Below are positions 61,268 to 64,000 of a stretch of 64,000 bases of DNA, piece by piece. The position numbers were made by a program, and so were the translations under genes. Each line of letters starts with the position of its first letter. Positions within the stretch are counted from its first letter, which is position 1. The DNA is from Cyanobacteria bacterium P01_F01_bin.150 (GTDB lineage Bacteria; Cyanobacteriota; Cyanobacteriia; CAKZMO01), in the NCBI GenBank assembly GCA_039189765.1, contig JBCCYL010000030.1:1-64000 (forward strand). The letters are read 5' to 3'. The notes beneath the pieces were generated by a model. The model saw only the letters and a list, made by a program, of their open reading frames with translations, did not search any database and was not told the origin of the DNA.

Positions 61268-64000
61268 CTATTGCCCTTGCAGCTGAGACAGCAGCTCCCA
61301 TTCCTGGATGGCACTTGATGTCCACAGCCAATTTTGCTCAAGCTGTGCTCGTTCAAATTGTGGTGCCTTATTGCTGTTACTAATCACCTGCTGAATCCGC
61401 ACCACCTCACTGACTAAATCAACAGGCGTAGAGCTTTCCCCCGCAAGCTGAGCAAAGGCCAGGGCCATTCCAGCATAGGCCGTTAAAGCATTTTCATTAG
61501 CAATGGCGTCTGGAGATATTTCAATCGAGGAACCACCCCCATTTACGGCATCCAAGTCCACAGCCACGCCCTGGGTTTCTAAAATTTCTAGGGATTTCAG
61601 CCATGCCTGTACCGCTTCATTCATCTGCCCCCCTGCATATAGGGCAAAGCCCAGGGCATTGTAGTATTCAGCTTTATCACCGGCTTTCTGAGCCGCAAGT
61701 TCCCAATAGCTGCGGATATCTTCAATATCAAATTCCGTATCCCCTGTATTGACCAGCTCCCATCTTAAACGGCCTTGCAAAAAAGCGATTTGGGGTTCGT
61801 CAATATCTTCGTAACTAACCTGATCCAACCAATCTCTGGCCTCTTCTAGTTTATTTTGGGTCAAACTATCGGTCACATTGGTAATCAGCTCTTCTCTGGG
61901 AACCTCGGCAATGGTTTCGCTAGAGGAGGGCTGAAATTCTTGAACTGCCTGGTATCCAACAACCGCGATCGCCAGAGCCGCAGCGCCAGCAATAGGATAA
62001 AGCCAGCGAGGTTGACGCGAACGACGATGACTCTCCGTTCGGGCTGCGGTCCCCACAGGCTGCAAAGGACCTGGCGCTGGCCTTGGTTTGATTGCAGACG
62101 TAGTAGGCGATCGCAACGGAGCCTTACCCTGGGGTTGATGGTCAGGGCCATTTGCATCAACATTTTTTCGACCAGACTCTAGTGGCGCTAACTGATTCGC
62201 TTGGGGTTGATGAACAATCGCAGCTGATGGTTCTGTTTGATCTGTTCGGTGTGGCTGAGCCGGACGGATCTGTTGTGCCTGCGCCCCAAGATTTCCAGAG
62301 ATATTACCAGACAGGGAATGGGCATCTCTGCTGTGTTGAATATCAGGATGTGGAGACGAAGGCGGAGAAGGCGAAGCGTCACCTTGGTTGCCTTGAGTCA
62401 CATCTCTCAATAACCCACTCACCACTTCTTCATCTTGTTGAGATAAATGGTCTGGCACTGAAGGTCCCGCTGGAGTCGCACGACTCATAAGCTCTGCCAT
62501 CTCAGCAGAAGACATCAAAAATTCATCATCACCATAGCGAGGATTAACGTCTTCAAAATCGTTATAGGCATCGGAGCTGGAATTAGACGCCACAGCAAAA
62601 TCAATGTCTTGATCCAGACTATCTTGGTCGATATAGTTTGGATCGATATAGTCTCCGGATTCTAAGCCCATTACCTCCGTCGCCCCGGTTTGAAACGGTT
62701 GCTCTTCCCAAATGGGGCGTTCAGAATCTTGTTCCCCTGAGGCATATTCGTCCTGATAGCCTTCTAGAGGAGGTAGTGGAGCTGAAGCTGCCACCTGATG
62801 CAAATCAAGGGCCGAATCAGCATCAACCAAAGACGGCACATAGCCCTGGGGCATGCGGGCAAGGGAATCAGCCGGATTATCGAGAACGCGATCGCCCGCA
62901 GTGAGATACCCATCAAAGTCAGGGTGGAGATACAGCGTTGGCAGAACCCAATATAGTTGATTGGAACCATAGGCGGCCAGTAACCCCTGCCTAGCCCGAC
63001 TCAAACTTAAATCAACGGGGTACCCTTGCTTCAAGTTACGATAAAACAAGCGGGTCAGGGTCAGGGCCACATTATCAGGAATACGCTCTGCCATGGCCAA
63101 CACTGCCGGAATCCCCCGACTCACCAAGGCATCCGTCAGGGTACGCTGGGAATGCTTTTCTGCATCCGCCGTATGCCCTCCCCGACAGGAATTGAAAACC
63201 GCCATTTGAATGCCATTGTTCACCAATAGCCCTGCTAAATCATCTCCATTAAGGGTTTCAGCCAATCCATTTTGGTCTACTAGATATAGCTTGCCGCCAT
63301 CCGTTCCCACATCGCTATGGCCAGCATAGTGTAATACCTGATATCTGGACTGTTCGAGTGCGTTTGCGAGTTGGGTCCGACTCGGTTGTTTCAAGATGGT
63401 TACTTGAATATCAGGCAAGGAGCCGACTAAATTGCCCTGTAGATGACCGGGCTGGAGTCGTAATTCTTGCTGGAGCTGACGAGCTTCCTGATCCAAATCT
63501 AAGTCATCTTGATCAGTGGGCGTTGCAATCACCATCAAAATCTTTAGCACTGATGATGTTGGAGGAGTCAACGCCATTCCAGATCGCAATAAATGACGAT
63601 CGGGCTGATACCGTGAGAAAAGCAAATGAATGCCCGTAGCCAAGGGATGAGTCGCTAATCCCAAACCATCTCGGCTATGACTATGCATCACTTCCCACGG
63701 TAAACGAGGAAGCTGTGTGCCTTTGAGGCCTAGTCGTAATCGCAGCACCTCCCCACGATGCTGGGCAATCCCTTGAGCGGTCATCCAGCTATCACGCAAG
63801 ATGCCCTGAAATAGACTTTGATAAAGCTGCTGCCCTAAGGCCATAAACCCATTTAGGGACGTTGAATCCGCCACACCCTCTATAGCTGTGTCAGCCAAAG
63901 GAGTCTGCCCTCGCAATAACCCCACTAGGGGATCGTTCATCAATTGGCGGGTCTGTTCCAACCATTGATCAACAGGCCAAACCACCTGTTCCTCTGCCAA
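61268..64000 (-). CDS. hetF: HetF-like CHAT-domain protease, 5' end outside the window
   Basis: AEEQVVWPVDQWL...MNDPL, LPWEVM, VLHYAGHS, VFNSC, AMAERIPD; TM segment and C-terminal TPR. Confidence 0.8.
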   Translation of the reverse strand: MAEEQVVWPVDQWLEQTRQLMNDPLVGLLRGQTPLADTAIEGVADSTSLNGFMALGQQLYQSLFQGILRDSWMTAQGIAQHRGEVLRLRLGLKGTQLPRLPWEVMHSHSRDGLGLATHPLATGIHLLFSRYQPDRHLLRSGMALTPPTSSVLKILMVIATPTDQDDLDLDQEARQLQQELRLQPGHLQGNLVGSLPDIQVTILKQPSRTQLANALEQSRYQVLHYAGHSDVGTDGGKLYLVDQNGLAETLNGDDLAGLLVNNGIQMAVFNSCRGGHTADAEKHSQRTLTDALVSRGIPAVLAMAERIPDNVALTLTRLFYRNLKQGYPVDLSLSRARQGLLAAYGSNQLYWVLPTLYLHPDFDGYLTAGDRVLDNPADSLARMPQGYVPSLVDADSALDLHQVAASAPLPPLEGYQDEYASGEQDSERPIWEEQPFQTGATEVMGLESGDYIDPNYIDQDSLDQDIDFAVASNSSSDAYNDFEDVNPRYGDDEFLMSSAEMAELMSRATPAGPSVPDHLSQQDEEVVSGLLRDVTQGNQGDASPSPPSSPHPDIQHSRDAHSLSGNISGNLGAQAQQIRPAQPHRTDQTEPSAAIVHQPQANQLAPLESGRKNVDANGPDHQPQGKAPLRSPTTSAIKPRPAPGPLQPVGTAARTESHRRSRQPRWLYPIAGAAALAIAVVGYQAVQEFQPSSSETIAEVPREELITNVTDSLTQNKLEEARDWLDQVSYEDIDEPQIAFLQGRLRWELVNTGDTEFDIEDIRSYWELAAQKAGDKAEYYNALGFALYAGGQMNEAVQAWLKSLEILETQGVAVDLDAVNGGGSSIEISPDAIANENALTAYAGMALAFAQLAGESSTPVDLVSEVVRIQQVISNSNKAPQFERAQLEQNWLWTSSAIQEWELLSQLQGQ

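Noticed and set aside
61268..64000. hetF and xisH as evidence of heterocysts or an excision element
   Set aside because: Both families occur in non-heterocystous cyanobacteria, and no recombinase or nif gene is present.

Overview
Cyanobacterial chromosomal window: HIP1 octamer GCGATCGC is frequent and ndhO, bicA and a hetF-like gene are present. It is probably from a filamentous form, which is an inference. Core-type genes (glyQ, comEC, bicA, ndhO, folA, hetF-like, DUF3086/DUF3119, ABC transporter, two-component kinases) alternate with accessory blocks. These are: (i) a TpsA tail, a TPR-CHAT protease, two DUF928 genes and an AAA_35-CHASE2 fusion (1-10.4 kb); (ii) an AT-rich V4R/roadblock/DUF4388/MglA-like GTPase operon (11.9-14.8 kb); (iii) a largely HIP1-poor block at about 44.3-58.1 kb. 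Block (iii) holds an AT-rich three-gene cassette (SyrB2-type HxA Fe/2OG halogenase, SAM methyltransferase, unknown protein with possibly CDPS-like topology), a sulfatase with its FGE, an HTH-AAA_35 protein, lodAB, and collapsed pseudogenes. The best candidate for an undescribed system is the halogenase cassette, which has no carrier protein in the window. Reading the intergenic DNA also showed an 80-bp MITE-like element in five full-length copies with terminal inverted repeats and 8-bp target-site duplications, plus GTAG-type REP hairpins. I recognised no tRNA, rRNA, CRISPR array or intact transposase. All family assignments come from motif recognition by eye, with no database searches.
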